A DNA stretch of 64,000 nt, taken from positions 2,528,001 to 2,592,000 of the forward strand of contig OY761158.1 in NCBI GenBank assembly GCA_963664405.1, in the 5' to 3' direction. Positions 31,616 through 42,310 of this stretch are shown piece after piece (position 1 is the stretch's first letter; every line of letters starts with the position of its first letter). Origin of the DNA: Thermoanaerobaculia bacterium (lineage in GTDB: Bacteria; Acidobacteriota; Thermoanaerobaculia; Multivoradales; Multivoraceae). The position numbers were made by a program, and so were the translations under genes. The notes under the pieces are model-generated. The model saw only the letters and a program-made list of their open reading frames with translations, did no database searches and was not told the DNA's origin.

Positions 31616-32281
31616 CTATTGCATGCTTGCCCGCATGCGATCCAGCGCATCACCTCGCATGGCCAGTTTGTTACCGGCGTACGCCACAGCAGGCAGCTTG
31701 GCCAGCTCGGCTGCGGTCTCGAGTGCCCGGTCGACGGCTTCGCCGGCATCGACGAGCTGATCCAGGAAACCGGCCGCCAGTGCGTCCTCGGGGCCGTAAA
31801 TCTTGGATTGCGTGATCGCGGGTATCCATTCGGATTTGATCAGGCGGGCATGGAGGGGCTCCAAGGCCCAGCGGGGCAGAGTCATGCCCAAGGCCGTCTC
31901 GACCAAGCCAAACTTGTAGTCGCCGCGCTCACCAATGCGGGTATCAAACGCGGCTGCCCAGATGGCGCCAATCGTCAAGGTGTGGCCGGTGCAAGCGGCG
32001 ACCAGAGGTTTTCCAAGCGAATAGAGTCGCACCGCCGCGCGGGCACCGGCTGCTCTGAGGCGACTGCGTGCTTCGGGGTCGTCACCGGTCATCACCGCGA
32101 GGTCAAAGCCGGCGCTGAAGGAACCGGGCCGACCGGCAAGGACGATTGCCCCCGACTTCGCCTCCGCCTCGTCCAGGTGCTCGTTCACACTGCCGATCGC
32201 ATCAACGGTCAAAGCGTTTCTCTTGCCATCGTCCATCACGATCAGCGCGACCTTCTCGTGGAACTCGAGTGAAATGGTCAA
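31616..32281 (-). CDS. Enoyl-CoA hydratase/isomerase (crotonase) family protein
   Basis: MDDGKRNAL, FSAGFDL and KPLVAACTGH. Confidence 0.88.
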   Translation of the reverse strand: MTISLEFHEKVALIVMDDGKRNALTVDAIGSVNEHLDEAEAKSGAIVLAGRPGSFSAGFDLAVMTGDDPEARSRLRAAGARAAVRLYSLGKPLVAACTGHTLTIGAIWAAAFDTRIGERGDYKFGLVETALGMTLPRWALEPLHARLIKSEWIPAITQSKIYGPEDALAAGFLDQLVDAGEAVDRALETAAELAKLPAVAYAGNKLAMRGDALDRMRASMQ

Positions 32282-32422
32282 CTCTTGTCTCCCTCAGCAC
32301 AGTAATGTGAGCCCACACTATCAACCAAGGAACTGGACAGTACTTCGTGACAGGAAGCGATAGGGTATCGGGAGAGCCAGTCACTCTGGAACCCGAATCG
32401 AATCTGACTGGAGGGAAGCTAT

Positions 32423-34300
32423 ATGCGTAACATCTTGCTCATCTCGCTCGCCGTCTTCACTCTACTAGCCTGTGGCTCGCCTGACAGTGACCCCAGCTCC
32501 CCTGCGCCAGCCAACAGCTCTCGTGAGCCGGATTCGGGCGCAAGCGAAGTCGCGACTGGGCTCCCAAGCCAAGCCTACTTTGGCGATCTGCATGTTCATA
32601 CCAGTTGGTCGACCGACGCATATGCCGGTGGCAACCGCGTCGGTCCGGCTGACGCTTACCGCTTCGCGCAGGGGGAAGCGGTCGAACTGCCCAACGGTAT
32701 GGTCACGCAACTCCACGCGCCGTTGGACTTCGTCGCCCTCACCGATCACGCCGAGGGCTTTGACTCCATGGGCGCCTGCATGGTTGAAGAGCATCCTCTC
32801 TATGACTCCGAGGCATGCCGGAACATGCGCTCACCGGGCGGCAACCGACAAGAAGATTACTTGCGCCTCGTCTTTGCCCGCAGCACCAGCCGACCGGCCC
32901 AGCGCGACCCGGAACTATGTGCAGATAACGACGTGTGCCTCGCCGCCGCCCGCGACACCTGGCAGCGGGTACAGGCAGTTGCCAACGAGTTCGATCAGCC
33001 AGGCGAGTTCACAGCTCTGATCGGTTACGAGTTCTCTTCACTGCTGCCGCACTTCGGGATGCTGCACCGCAACGTGATCTTTCGAGGCGCAGAGGTCATT
33101 CCTCACGCCTTCTCTTCCCTCGACGTTGCCGGCCAAGCCGACTTTTTCAAGCTACTGGACCAGGCATGCCAGGCACCCTGCGAAGTGCTTACGATTCCAC
33201 ACAACACCAACTACTCCTGGGGGCTGACCTTCTCGCGAACCGATGAGGACGGCACGGAATACACCCAGGAGGATCGGCAAAGACGCGTTCGACTCGACCG
33301 TCTGGTGGAGGTCACCCAACAGAAGGGCAATTCCGAATGCCAGGTGGGTGTCGGCTTCGCCGATGAGGATTGTGATTTCGGCAACATCTTTCCCCTGTGC
33401 ACCGAGGGCGAAACCGGCCGCTGTGCCACTGAAAGCTCATTCGTACGCAACGCACTGCTCGACGGCATTCAGATGCGAAGCGAAGGCAGCGAGAACATAT
33501 TCAAGCTCGGCATGATCGGGTCGACGGATACTCACAACTCCGACCCAGGCAATACCAATCCTAAGCAGCCCACCCGATCCGCCGCGATCATGGGTGATGC
33601 CGAGGCGATCAGACAATCTTTCGTCGCAGAACACGTCGTCGTAGGCCCGTTGCGGAAAACGAGTCCTGGCGGTTTGGCCGGTGTGTGGGCCGCGGAAAAC
33701 ACGCGGACCGCCATCTTTGACGCACTGCAACGGCGTGAGGCCTTCGCTACCAGTGGTTCTCGCCTGCGTATTCGTTTCTTCGCCGGCGATCTGCCCGACG
33801 ACATTGAATCGCGTCCAGACCAGATCGAGGTGGCCTATCGGGACGGCGTACCCATGGGAGGCGATCTCGACGCCGCGCGACCCACATTCTGGGCATGGGT
33901 CATGCAGGATCCGAACAGTGCCAGCCTCGACCGAATCCAGATCATCAAAGGCTGGATCGACGAGACAGGCGCAGAGCGACAGAAGGTTTGGGACGTGGCT
34001 TGCGCTGACGGGCGTGAGCCCAATAGTGAGGGGCAGTGCCCGCCCACCAGCGCGACGGTAGATACTTCAGATTGCAGCCGCTCCGACGGGCTCGGAGCCC
34101 AAGAGCTCCAAGCCACATTCACCGACCCCGACTATTCGACTGTCCAACACGCTTTCTACTACGTACGCGCACTCGAGAACCCCACTTGCCGCTGGTCGAC
34201 ATGGGTTGCCAACAGCGCCGGGCTCGAGCCTCCAAGCGATGTACCGACCACCGAGCAACAGCGAGGCTGGTCATCACCGATTTGGGTCAGTCCAAATTAG
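32423..34300 (+). CDS. DUF3604 domain lipoprotein
   Basis: Lipobox LLAC; YFGDLHVHT, LHRNVIF, IPHN, STDTH and WSSPIW. Confidence 0.9.
   Translation: MRNILLISLAVFTLLACGSPDSDPSSPAPANSSREPDSGASEVATGLPSQAYFGDLHVHTSWSTDAYAGGNRVGPADAYRFAQGEAVELPNGMVTQLHAPLDFVALTDHAEGFDSMGACMVEEHPLYDSEACRNMRSPGGNRQEDYLRLVFARSTSRPAQRDPELCADNDVCLAAARDTWQRVQAVANEFDQPGEFTALIGYEFSSLLPHFGMLHRNVIFRGAEVIPHAFSSLDVAGQADFFKLLDQACQAPCEVLTIPHNTNYSWGLTFSRTDEDGTEYTQEDRQRRVRLDRLVEVTQQKGNSECQVGVGFADEDCDFGNIFPLCTEGETGRCATESSFVRNALLDGIQMRSEGSENIFKLGMIGSTDTHNSDPGNTNPKQPTRSAAIMGDAEAIRQSFVAEHVVVGPLRKTSPGGLAGVWAAENTRTAIFDALQRREAFATSGSRLRIRFFAGDLPDDIESRPDQIEVAYRDGVPMGGDLDAARPTFWAWVMQDPNSASLDRIQIIKGWIDETGAERQKVWDVACADGREPNSEGQCPPTSATVDTSDCSRSDGLGAQELQATFTDPDYSTVQHAFYYVRALENPTCRWSTWVANSAGLEPPSDVPTTEQQRGWSSPIWVSPN
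34271..34300 (+). repeat. 30-bp direct repeat, copy A (3' end of the DUF3604 gene)
   Basis: TCATCACCGATTTGGGTCAGTCCAAATTAG; 29/30 match to 37726-37755. Confidence 0.85.
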
Positions 34301-34544
34301 AGAACTGCTAGCCCGAAGCGGGACGGGGACGGCACCCCAACAGCAGCGCGGATGGAGTTTCTGGTGGGACAGGAGTATATGATCGGTGAAACGTATCTTG
34401 GGCCATGGGGTCAGTGGCGAAGCCTTCGAGACTGCCTCGCCCATCTTCAGGCGGCGGTGGCTGGCAACCAGAGCCAAGGACTGAGACGGATTCGCCACAG
34501 CTCCCTCAGGCCGCGCACGCAGAGCTGACCGGAAGGAGTACTCC

Positions 34545-35084
34545 ATGCTGATTCGTCCCTCCACGAAGAGCCGACGCCAGGTCCTCATCTTCGCCTTCGC
34601 CACCATCCTGACGTTCAACGTCTGGGCCGAACAACCGCGCGGGGAGCCAAGCGAGGCGGGCCCGCCCACGCAGGGTCCGGGAGCGGCCCCGCAGGAGGTT
34701 GAGGAGAGTGCGGCGCCAGCCGAGACTCAGGACACCAGGCCCGCGCCCCTGGCCGCCGGGCTCAAAGCCTATCTCGACCCGGAGACCGGTCGACTCATCT
34801 CGTCGCCGCACCCGGACGACCCCTACACCTTGGTGCTCTCGCCGCGCGAGCTCGATCGCATGAGAACCTCCCACGAAGGCCTCGTCGAGGAGATCCGCCC
34901 CGACGGCTCGGTGCTCCTCCACACCCACCATCGCTTCATGTCCGCGAGCTTCGCGACTGTCGGCAGCGACGGACAGATCCAGGTCACTCACTCGAGCACC
35001 CTGTCGCGCGGCACCGTACCCTCCAGCGTCACGTCCGCCCCGGAAGACTCGCCGCAGCACGAGGAGAGCAGCGATGACCAGTAG
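34545..35084 (+). CDS. Exported hypothetical protein, post-PEP-CTERM-1-like domain
   Basis: Signal peptide; GLKAYLDPETGRL...SHEGLVEEIRPDGSVLL..HHRFMS; overlaps the start of the peptidase. Confidence 0.65.
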   Translation: MLIRPSTKSRRQVLIFAFATILTFNVWAEQPRGEPSEAGPPTQGPGAAPQEVEESAAPAETQDTRPAPLAAGLKAYLDPETGRLISSPHPDDPYTLVLSPRELDRMRTSHEGLVEEIRPDGSVLLHTHHRFMSASFATVGSDGQIQVTHSSTLSRGTVPSSVTSAPEDSPQHEESSDDQ

Positions 35085-37637
35085 ACACCCGCTCCACCTC
35101 GCGGTCATCGCCGGTGCCCTGACAGCCCTGGCTTCGATCTCTCCGGCAGCTTGGGCCGCCCAGGTGATGATCATCAACATGGACGGGCCGGGCGAGGGCC
35201 TCAACGACCCGACCCCCGTCGCAGCGGTGCCGGGAAACCCCGCCACCACCCTCGGGCAGCAGAGGATCAACGTGGTTCATGGCCGTTGCCGACGCGATTG
35301 GCAGTGTGCTCGATTCCTCGGTGCCAATCCTGGTGGAGGTACAGTGGAGTCCCCTCAGTTGCACTCCTACCTCGGGCCTCCTGGGGCAGGCGGGCCCCAA
35401 CGACTACGACCTCGACTTTCCCAACGCCCCGCGCTCGAATACGTGGTATCCGGTGGCGCTGGCAAGCTCCCTCGCCGGCGAGGACAGAAGTCCCGGCGAG
35501 GCAGACATCTTTTCCCAGTTCAATAGCGCGGTCGACGACGATCCTGGGTGCCTGGGAGGCGACGGCTTCTGGTACGGCATCGACTCCCCCGCCCCACCAG
35601 GGCAATCCCCTCTTGCAAACACCGTGTTGCACGAGTTCATCCACGGCTTGGGCTTCATCACCCTGGTCGACCGTGAGACCGGCGAGAAGGCCCTGGGCCG
35701 CGACGACATCTTCTCGATCTCTCTCGAAGATCACAGCCTGGGGATGAACTGGCCACAGATGACCGACCAGCAGCGAGCCGCCTCGGCTCTCGATACTGGC
35801 GATCTCCATTGGGTTGGGCAGAACGTGGTCAACTCGTCGACCGCGCTCAGTAACGGAGCACACCCTTCCGGGCACGTCGAGATGCATGCGCCGGGGGAGC
35901 TAGAGCTCGGCTCCTCGGTCTCGCACTGGGCCGAGGATGTCACGCCGGACGAAATCATGGAAGCTGCGGCGACGCCCAATCCCCAGAACCTGGTGACCAA
36001 TCCCCTGCTGGAGGACTTGGGCTGGGGAGTCACGGTCGGCGAGATCGAGCCGTGCGTCGGCAGCGAGGAGGTTCTCTGTCTGAACGGCGGCCGTTTCAAG
36101 GTCGAGGTGACTTGGCGTGACTTCAAAGACCAGGTCGGAACGGGCAAAGCGGTGCCCTTCACCAACGACTCCGGCCTGTACTGGTTCTTCAGCCCCGACA
36201 ACTTCGAGATGCTGATCAAGGTGCTCACCGGCTGTGGCTTCAACAACCGTTTCTGGGTCTTCTTCGCCGCAACGACCAACGTCGAGTTCCAGGTAAAGGT
36301 GACCGACTCGGAGACCGGGGTCGTCAAGCGCTACACCAACCCCCTGTCGCAACCGGCCAACGCGGTCACCGACACCAGCGCCTTCGCGACCTGCCCGGCC
36401 TCGATCACGACCGCGACCGACGCCTACACGAACCTGGGGATCACGTCGATCGACAAAGAGGTGGCGGCGCGAGTGCAAAGGGAGCTCGCCGAAGCGCAGG
36501 CCCTGGCGATCCGGCCCACCCTGACGGCCTTGCCGGCAGGGAGGCGGCTCGCGACTCCCGGGCTGGCCGTTCTTTCTGCATCGGATGCACTCGACGTGCG
36601 TCCGGTCGATACGACCAGCCCTCGCCTCGTCCCTCGACAGGGCCCCTCCGGCTCCCGCTACGAGGTGACACCTTTTCTGACCGACGGCAGCACCATCTAT
36701 ACCATTCAGGGCAGCGGCAACGGCAACGTGGTCACCTTCGACAACAAGCGAGAAAATCTGAAGTCCTACGAACCCCTCAGCCTGAACACGATACCCCGAA
36801 TGGAAGAAACGGTGGCGAGCCTCGGGGCGAACCTGGCCCGGGGGGCTCCCTTCGAAACGCTGCGCCTGGAACTGACCATGGACACCAAGAACGGAGACGA
36901 GCTCTTCCCCGGCGGGTTCATTGGCGAGGACGAAGTAGCACTGGATAGCGGCGGTTTCGCTCTCGGCTTCCTCCAGGGCACGAACCCGCTCGATTTCGAC
37001 AACGAAGGCGTCACCGCGGCCACATTCACGCTGCATCGGCCGCAGGGATCCACACTCAACTTCGTGATACCAGAGCCGGATCTCCCTACGTTCTTCGGCC
37101 AAGGTAGCTGGTCCGGCGACCTCGCCGTTGTCTTCCCCGACATCGTCAACCGGGGCTCAGGCAGGGGTATATCCGGTGGTTTCAACCGAATGGTCGCCAC
37201 CATCGACGTCCTTGTTGAGGGCGAGGAGCCGCCGCCGGACCCAGATCCGCCGGACCCCGACCCGCCGGGCGACCCCTTCGAGTGCGTGCCCAACGCGACC
37301 ACAATGTGTCTGAACAACGATCGATTCGAAGTGACGGTCGTCTGGGAGGACTTCAGGGGGAACGTTGGCCCCGGCATGAAAACGGACATCCCCGGGATCG
37401 GGGACGTCGGGCCTGTTCTACTTCTTTCAGCCCTCCAATCTCGAGATGCTGATCAAGGTGCTCACCGGCTGTGGCTTCAACAATCACTACTGGGTATTCT
37501 TCGCGGCGACGACCAACGTGCAGTTCGATTTGACGGTTCGCGATTCCTTGACCGGTTTCTCGAAGACCTACCACAACCCGCTGCGGCAAACCGCGAATGC
37601 CATCACGGACACCGCAGCCTTCGCCACTTGTCCATAG
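35074..37637 (+). CDS. Secreted zinc metallopeptidase-like protein (HEFIH) with two 'LCLN..RF' domains; frameshifts near 35275 and 37400
   Basis: Signal peptide and GEGLNDPTP (ORF 35074), VLHEFIHGLGF and GSSVSHW (ORF 35279), last domain completed by ORF 37446..37637; each junction is repaired by removing one G. Confidence 0.78.
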
Positions 37638-37725
37638 ACGAGGCCCCGGAGATAGGCGCGAGCCCTTTCCCTTTCGGCTTCAGCCGGGTTGCCACTCGGA
37701 GGGAGTGCTCACCGGGAAGGGTCGC

Positions 37726-37755
37726 TCATCACCGATTCGGGTCAGTCCAAATTAG
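37726..37755 (+). repeat. 30-bp direct repeat, copy B
   Basis: TCATCACCGATTCGGGTCAGTCCAAATTAG, an intergenic copy of the DUF3604 3' end. Confidence 0.85.
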
Positions 37756-37778
37756 CAAGCTTTGAAATGAGGATTGAC

Positions 37779-38462
37779 ATGACAAAGCACAGAAAGTCGG
37801 GGACTGTAATCCTGGCTCTTGCCGGGTTGTTGGGAATTGGCCTGGAAAGCGCTTTCGCTCAACTGGTCCAACTGCCGGCACAGGACTACATCGATCGGAT
37901 GGAGAGGCCCGGGCGGGTGGTGAAATTGCGGGTCGATGCAGTCATTGAAAAGCTGGGACTCGAGCCGGGAGATGTTGTGGCCGACATCGGTTCCGGCGGC
38001 GGGGCGTTTTCACTTCCGATGGCTCGCGCGATCAGTCCCGGCGGGACGCTGTACGCGGTTGACATCGACCAGGAAATGCTCGACTTCGTCAGCGAGAGAG
38101 CCGAAAAGGAAGGGGTCGGAAATATCACCACCGTCCTGGGTGAATACGACGATCCGAAGCTGCCGGTGAAGAATGTCGACGTCGCTTTTTTCCATCGCGT
38201 GCTGCACATGATCGAGCACAGGCAAGCCTACATAAACGCGGTTGCGAAGTACCTGAAACCGGACGGACGTATCGTGATCATCGACCGGAATCGCGAGGAC
38301 TCCGAAAGTTGGATGTGGCTGAACCAGTCGGATGTCGACACCTGGATGGCAGCCATCAGCTTCTATCCGGCCCAAGAATTCGAGCTCTACGACGATAGGT
38401 ATTTCGTCGTCTACCAAAGGCCCTACGGCGACAGTTTGATCCTCGAGGACGACTGGCACTGA
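37779..38462 (+). CDS. Class I SAM-dependent methyltransferase with signal-peptide-like N-terminus
   Basis: VVADIGSGGG, YAVDID and LKPDGRIVIID. Confidence 0.85.
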   Translation: MTKHRKSGTVILALAGLLGIGLESAFAQLVQLPAQDYIDRMERPGRVVKLRVDAVIEKLGLEPGDVVADIGSGGGAFSLPMARAISPGGTLYAVDIDQEMLDFVSERAEKEGVGNITTVLGEYDDPKLPVKNVDVAFFHRVLHMIEHRQAYINAVAKYLKPDGRIVIIDRNREDSESWMWLNQSDVDTWMAAISFYPAQEFELYDDRYFVVYQRPYGDSLILEDDWH

Positions 38463-38568
38463 AGCGTGGCTCTCGCTTACGCCTGCGGAAATTTCTGGCG
38501 TAGTTCCCTTTCCGGATGCGCATGTCTATGTACAGCGCATCCAAACGACCTCTTGAAAGGGAGAGCTT

Positions 38569-39489
38569 ATGAACGCGACAGCATCGAAGCGTGAGGAAAG
38601 ACCGATCCGTAGGCCCGCGAGGCTTCTGGTCGCTATCGGGGCCTTGGCCATGCTCGGGAGCCTGGGTCCGGCCGGCGCCCAGGACCTGGTGAGAGCGGAG
38701 TTCCAGCAAGGAAGCGAGGTATTCCTTCACGGCACCGCCGGCGTCTACGACGACGGTTTGTCCGTCGATTGTGGCGACACCAACGGAATTCGGTTCAGCT
38801 ACGCCGATGAAACCGACACCGCCTGCGACCCCCCCGAGCTCACCAAGGGCCTCATCAGCATCCTCTCGAAGGGAGGCGCCTGGCGGCTGAGTGGAATGAA
38901 TTCCAACCCCGACGGCCGGACGCTACATCTCAACTTCCTCAAAGAGTTTGCGAGCGACGGGGCGTGCGTGGAACTCGCTAAGGTCAGCAAAGACGAGGGA
39001 GATTGCGGGTGCGACACACCGGAACCGTGCTCCGTCCACGTCTGGGTCGGCCCCGATCGGCTCTTCAAGAAGAGGGCGACCCGCCAGTCACTGGGTGGCC
39101 GATTCGACATCTTCGAAAATGGGGGGGGGCCCGAATGGCGAATCAACTGGATCGATCCTCTGTACCTCTGTGAAGATCCAGATCCGAATCACAAGGACGA
39201 CAGCAGCTGGCGAGTCATGCAGTCCGTCAGCTGTGTCGGCGACACCCCTCCCGTCGACGTCTCCCTAGCGGAGGTCGTGAGAACGAGCGACAACATCAGT
39301 ATCGGCGAGTTCTATTTGCCGATCCAGATCCGGGTGCAGCGGGTGTCGCCACCGCCGCCTGACGATCCTGGTGACCCGCCGCCTGACGATAGCTGTCCTC
39401 TCCTCCCGAAGGATGCAGACTGCGATTCGGACTCAGAGTGCTGCTCGGACAACTGCAAGGGGAAGCGGGACAACAAGACGTGCAAGTAG
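38569..39489 (+). CDS. Exported Cys-rich hypothetical protein with C-terminal six-Cys module
   Basis: RBS GGGAG, signal peptide, Pro/Asp linker, then C-x8-C-x5-CC-x3-C-x8-C. Confidence 0.7.
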   Translation: MNATASKREERPIRRPARLLVAIGALAMLGSLGPAGAQDLVRAEFQQGSEVFLHGTAGVYDDGLSVDCGDTNGIRFSYADETDTACDPPELTKGLISILSKGGAWRLSGMNSNPDGRTLHLNFLKEFASDGACVELAKVSKDEGDCGCDTPEPCSVHVWVGPDRLFKKRATRQSLGGRFDIFENGGGPEWRINWIDPLYLCEDPDPNHKDDSSWRVMQSVSCVGDTPPVDVSLAEVVRTSDNISIGEFYLPIQIRVQRVSPPPPDDPGDPPPDDSCPLLPKDADCDSDSECCSDNCKGKRDNKTCK

Positions 39490-39538
39490 GCACTCCAGCC
39501 CGACGAAGAGCACCCCTCAGGCTGAGATAGTGCGCAGA

Positions 39539-39575
39539 TAGCCAGAGAATGTGCAAGCAGCACATTCTCTGGCTA
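39539..39575. terminator. 16-bp perfect hairpin between convergent genes
   Basis: TAGCCAGAGAATGTGC-AAGCA-GCACATTCTCTGGCTA; no U-tract. Confidence 0.55.
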
Positions 39576-40541
39576 GATGTCTTTGGCGCTCGGGCTTCGG
39601 GATTCCGATGTCGAGTGTTCTCGTTCCCCCCTCAGCGGTGTATGACGGCCGCAGACAATCCCGTTACTGATCGCTTCCTGACCTTGTTCATTGAGTGCTC
39701 TGAACAAGATCCGTTTCTCACCCTCGACGATCTCTTCGGCGAGTCCTTCGACCGTGACCACAGAATCCATCAACACCATGCCGCGAAGCCGACCGCAGAG
39801 CCGGGTTATTCGGGTCGCATCACCATTGAAGGACTGATTGACGACAGCTGTCAGTGCCATCGCCTTGGTGGCGCTGCCGTGAAGGATGATGCCGGGCAGG
39901 CCGGCTGCTTTGGCGACACTGGGCTCGGTATGGATCGGATTGTAGATCTGGGCACACTCGGTGTACTGCTGGCCAGCATGCAATCCAATTGAAACTTCAG
40001 TTCGCCACCAGGGGTCTGCGGCCATTGGGGCAAATTCCGGCTTGGCCGGTTCTTCAGCGACGGCGACATCGGGACCATCCAGGGTTGCACCCCGGGTAAT
40101 ACCGTTGTAGTCGAGCTCGGCCACCAGCTCCCCGTCGCTGGCGGTCATTCGATATCTGTCGACGTTGTAGACACCGGGGCGAACCTGGCTCTTTTGAACC
40201 ATCTGACCCTGCGTCGTTATCGCCTCACCCGCTCTGAACGGTCGGTAGATACGCAGATCCGTTGAAGCATGGACACCGAAGGGAGCCGCGCGCAGATTGG
40301 CCTTCTGGTCAGGCCTGAAACGACTGGCCCATTGCAAGGAGAAACAGATGCCCGGATGGATGTTCAATCCACCGGGTCTCAGATCATCGAAATAGGCTGG
40401 ATTGGTGTCGTTGATAGCGGCCGCGTACGCCATCGTAAATCGACTATCGAGCAGCGTCGTCTTGGCAACCGTGAATGAACCAACATCCTCAGTCGTGATT
40501 AGGCCAGGGCCCGAGCCATCACTCTCCACCCTACTCACCAC
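39573..40541 (-). CDS. MaoC-like double hot-dog dehydratase
   Basis: YAAAINDTNPAY and YNPIHTEPSVAKAAGLPGIILHG. Confidence 0.85.
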   Translation of the reverse strand: MVSRVESDGSGPGLITTEDVGSFTVAKTTLLDSRFTMAYAAAINDTNPAYFDDLRPGGLNIHPGICFSLQWASRFRPDQKANLRAAPFGVHASTDLRIYRPFRAGEAITTQGQMVQKSQVRPGVYNVDRYRMTASDGELVAELDYNGITRGATLDGPDVAVAEEPAKPEFAPMAADPWWRTEVSIGLHAGQQYTECAQIYNPIHTEPSVAKAAGLPGIILHGSATKAMALTAVVNQSFNGDATRITRLCGRLRGMVLMDSVVTVEGLAEEIVEGEKRILFRALNEQGQEAISNGIVCGRHTPLRGEREHSTSESRSPSAKDI

Positions 40542-40550
40542 CCCTCTTCA

Positions 40551-41594
40551 CTACATCTGGCGCGCGATCTCGACCACCCTTCCGAGGGTATCGAGCCTGG
40601 CGCCGGCATCGTCGCCGATCGGGTGGAGGGTCAACTGGGTGATGCCGGCGTCGCGATACTTTTGGAGCCTCTCGCGCACATGGGCTTCGTCGCCGAGGAT
40701 TGCGGTGCCTTGCACCATGTGATCCGGTACCGCTCGCACCGCCTCCTCACGTTTGCCGGAGAGCCAGAGCTCACGCACCTCCCGGCAGGGCTTCTCGAAC
40801 CCGGAGCGCGCGTGCGCGTCGTTGTAGAAGTTCATCGTCGGCGAGCCCATCGCAGAGAGCTGAAATGCCAGCTGCTTCTTCACAGCGGGAAAGTGCTTCT
40901 CGGGGTCGCTGGTGATGGCGACGGAGGTATTGACGCCGAGCGCGAGATCGTCGAGCTTCCTTCCTGCACTCTCGGCCCCCCGTCGGAGGTGCTCCATATG
41001 GGCCTCGGGTTGGTCGGGAGTGAAACATGTACCGAGCCAGCCGTCGGCGATGGCGCCGGTCATCTCGAGGGCGCGCGGCGTCAGGGTCGCGAGATAGATC
41101 GGGATGTCGGCGGGTGGCTGGGCGAGGCGCAACGCCTTTCCCAATCCACCCGGCCGGGGAAGTGGAAACGCCCATCCGTCGTACTCGAGCTTCTCTCCTC
41201 GGCAGGCCATGCGAACGATCTCCACCATTTCGCGCATTCGGGTCAGCGGCCGATCGAAGGGTTGTCCATGTAGACCCTCGACGACCTGGGGACCCGAATT
41301 GCCGAAACCGAGCAGGAAACGGCCGTTCGTGATGGTGACCATGGCGAGGGCCGTCATGGCGGTGGATGCGGGCGTGCGGGCACAGACCTGCATGATTCCG
41401 GTGCCGAGCTTGATTCGCTCGGTTACGGCGGCCAGATAGGCGAGGGGCGAAACTGCATCCATTCCCCAGGCCTCGGCGCTCCATGCCTGATCGACGCCGA
41501 GCTTGTCGGCTTCGATCGTGAAGGCGAGCATCTCCTCGAACTGCTCGCGACCTCCAGTCGTCGGTCCTCCAACGCGGATACCTATCTTCATCAT
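40551..41594 (-). CDS. LLM-class flavin (possibly F420)-dependent oxidoreductase
   Basis: WSAEAWGMDA, IKLGTGI, GRFLLGFGNSGPQVVEGLHG and IADGW. Confidence 0.9.
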   Translation of the reverse strand: MMKIGIRVGGPTTGGREQFEEMLAFTIEADKLGVDQAWSAEAWGMDAVSPLAYLAAVTERIKLGTGIMQVCARTPASTAMTALAMVTITNGRFLLGFGNSGPQVVEGLHGQPFDRPLTRMREMVEIVRMACRGEKLEYDGWAFPLPRPGGLGKALRLAQPPADIPIYLATLTPRALEMTGAIADGWLGTCFTPDQPEAHMEHLRRGAESAGRKLDDLALGVNTSVAITSDPEKHFPAVKKQLAFQLSAMGSPTMNFYNDAHARSGFEKPCREVRELWLSGKREEAVRAVPDHMVQGTAILGDEAHVRERLQKYRDAGITQLTLHPIGDDAGARLDTLGRVVEIARQM

Positions 41595-41809
41595 CGCTCC
41601 TTCTCATGGCTCCAGAAGAGGAGGGCCATCGTATCGCGCTGGTCCCACCCGAATATTCTGCCATCCCGACGGAGGGATCTGCGGACAGGCGTTCAGCACA
41701 CAGGAGTGAGCGCGAACGCCCAGAATCCAGCTGCTGCCCTCTTGGCAGAACACGCACTCACCTGAGACGATAGGGTAAACCCCAGCGGCGCCTTGCAAGA
41801 AGGGAGCAG

Positions 41810-42310
41810 ATGATGAGTTACGAGATTCGTGTCAACGGCCAGACGGCGAGGGTCGATGTAGCCTCGGACACGCCACTCCTGTGGGTGCTACGAGACGAGC
41901 TGGGGCTCAAAGGAACGAAGTACGGATGCGGCATCGCCGAGTGTGGCGCATGCACGGTGCTCGTGGACGGCAAGCCCACGCGGTCGTGTCGGCTCCAGAT
42001 CCGCCGGGCCGAGGGTGCCGAGATCGAAACGATCGAGAGCCTCTCGCCCGACGGCACCCACCCGCTACAGCTCGCCTGGGTGGCGGAACAGGTTCCGCAG
42101 TGCGGCTATTGCCAGTCGGGAATGCTGATGACCTCGGCGGCCCTACTGCGAGCCAACCCGAGCCCGAGCGACGCGGACATCGATACAGCGGTCACCAACA
42201 TCTGCCGCTGCGGGACCTACCCACGGGTTCGAGCCGCCATTCATCGCGCGGTGGGCGAGATGACGCCGACCCCGACAGGGTCGGACGACCAAGGGACGAC
42301 AGGATCATGA
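41810..42310 (+). CDS. (2Fe-2S) small subunit, isoquinoline 1-oxidoreductase alpha-like
   Basis: [20 protein letters not shown] and ICRCGTY. Confidence 0.92.
   Translation: MMSYEIRVNGQTARVDVASDTPLLWVLRDELGLKGTKYGCGIAECGACTVLVDGKPTRSCRLQIRRAEGAEIETIESLSPDGTHPLQLAWVAEQVPQCGYCQSGMLMTSAALLRANPSPSDADIDTAVTNICRCGTYPRVRAAIHRAVGEMTPTPTGSDDQGTTGS

Noticed and set aside
37225-37275. Short tandem repeat encoding PPPDPDPPDPDPP
   Set aside because: Ordinary Pro/Asp inter-domain linker.
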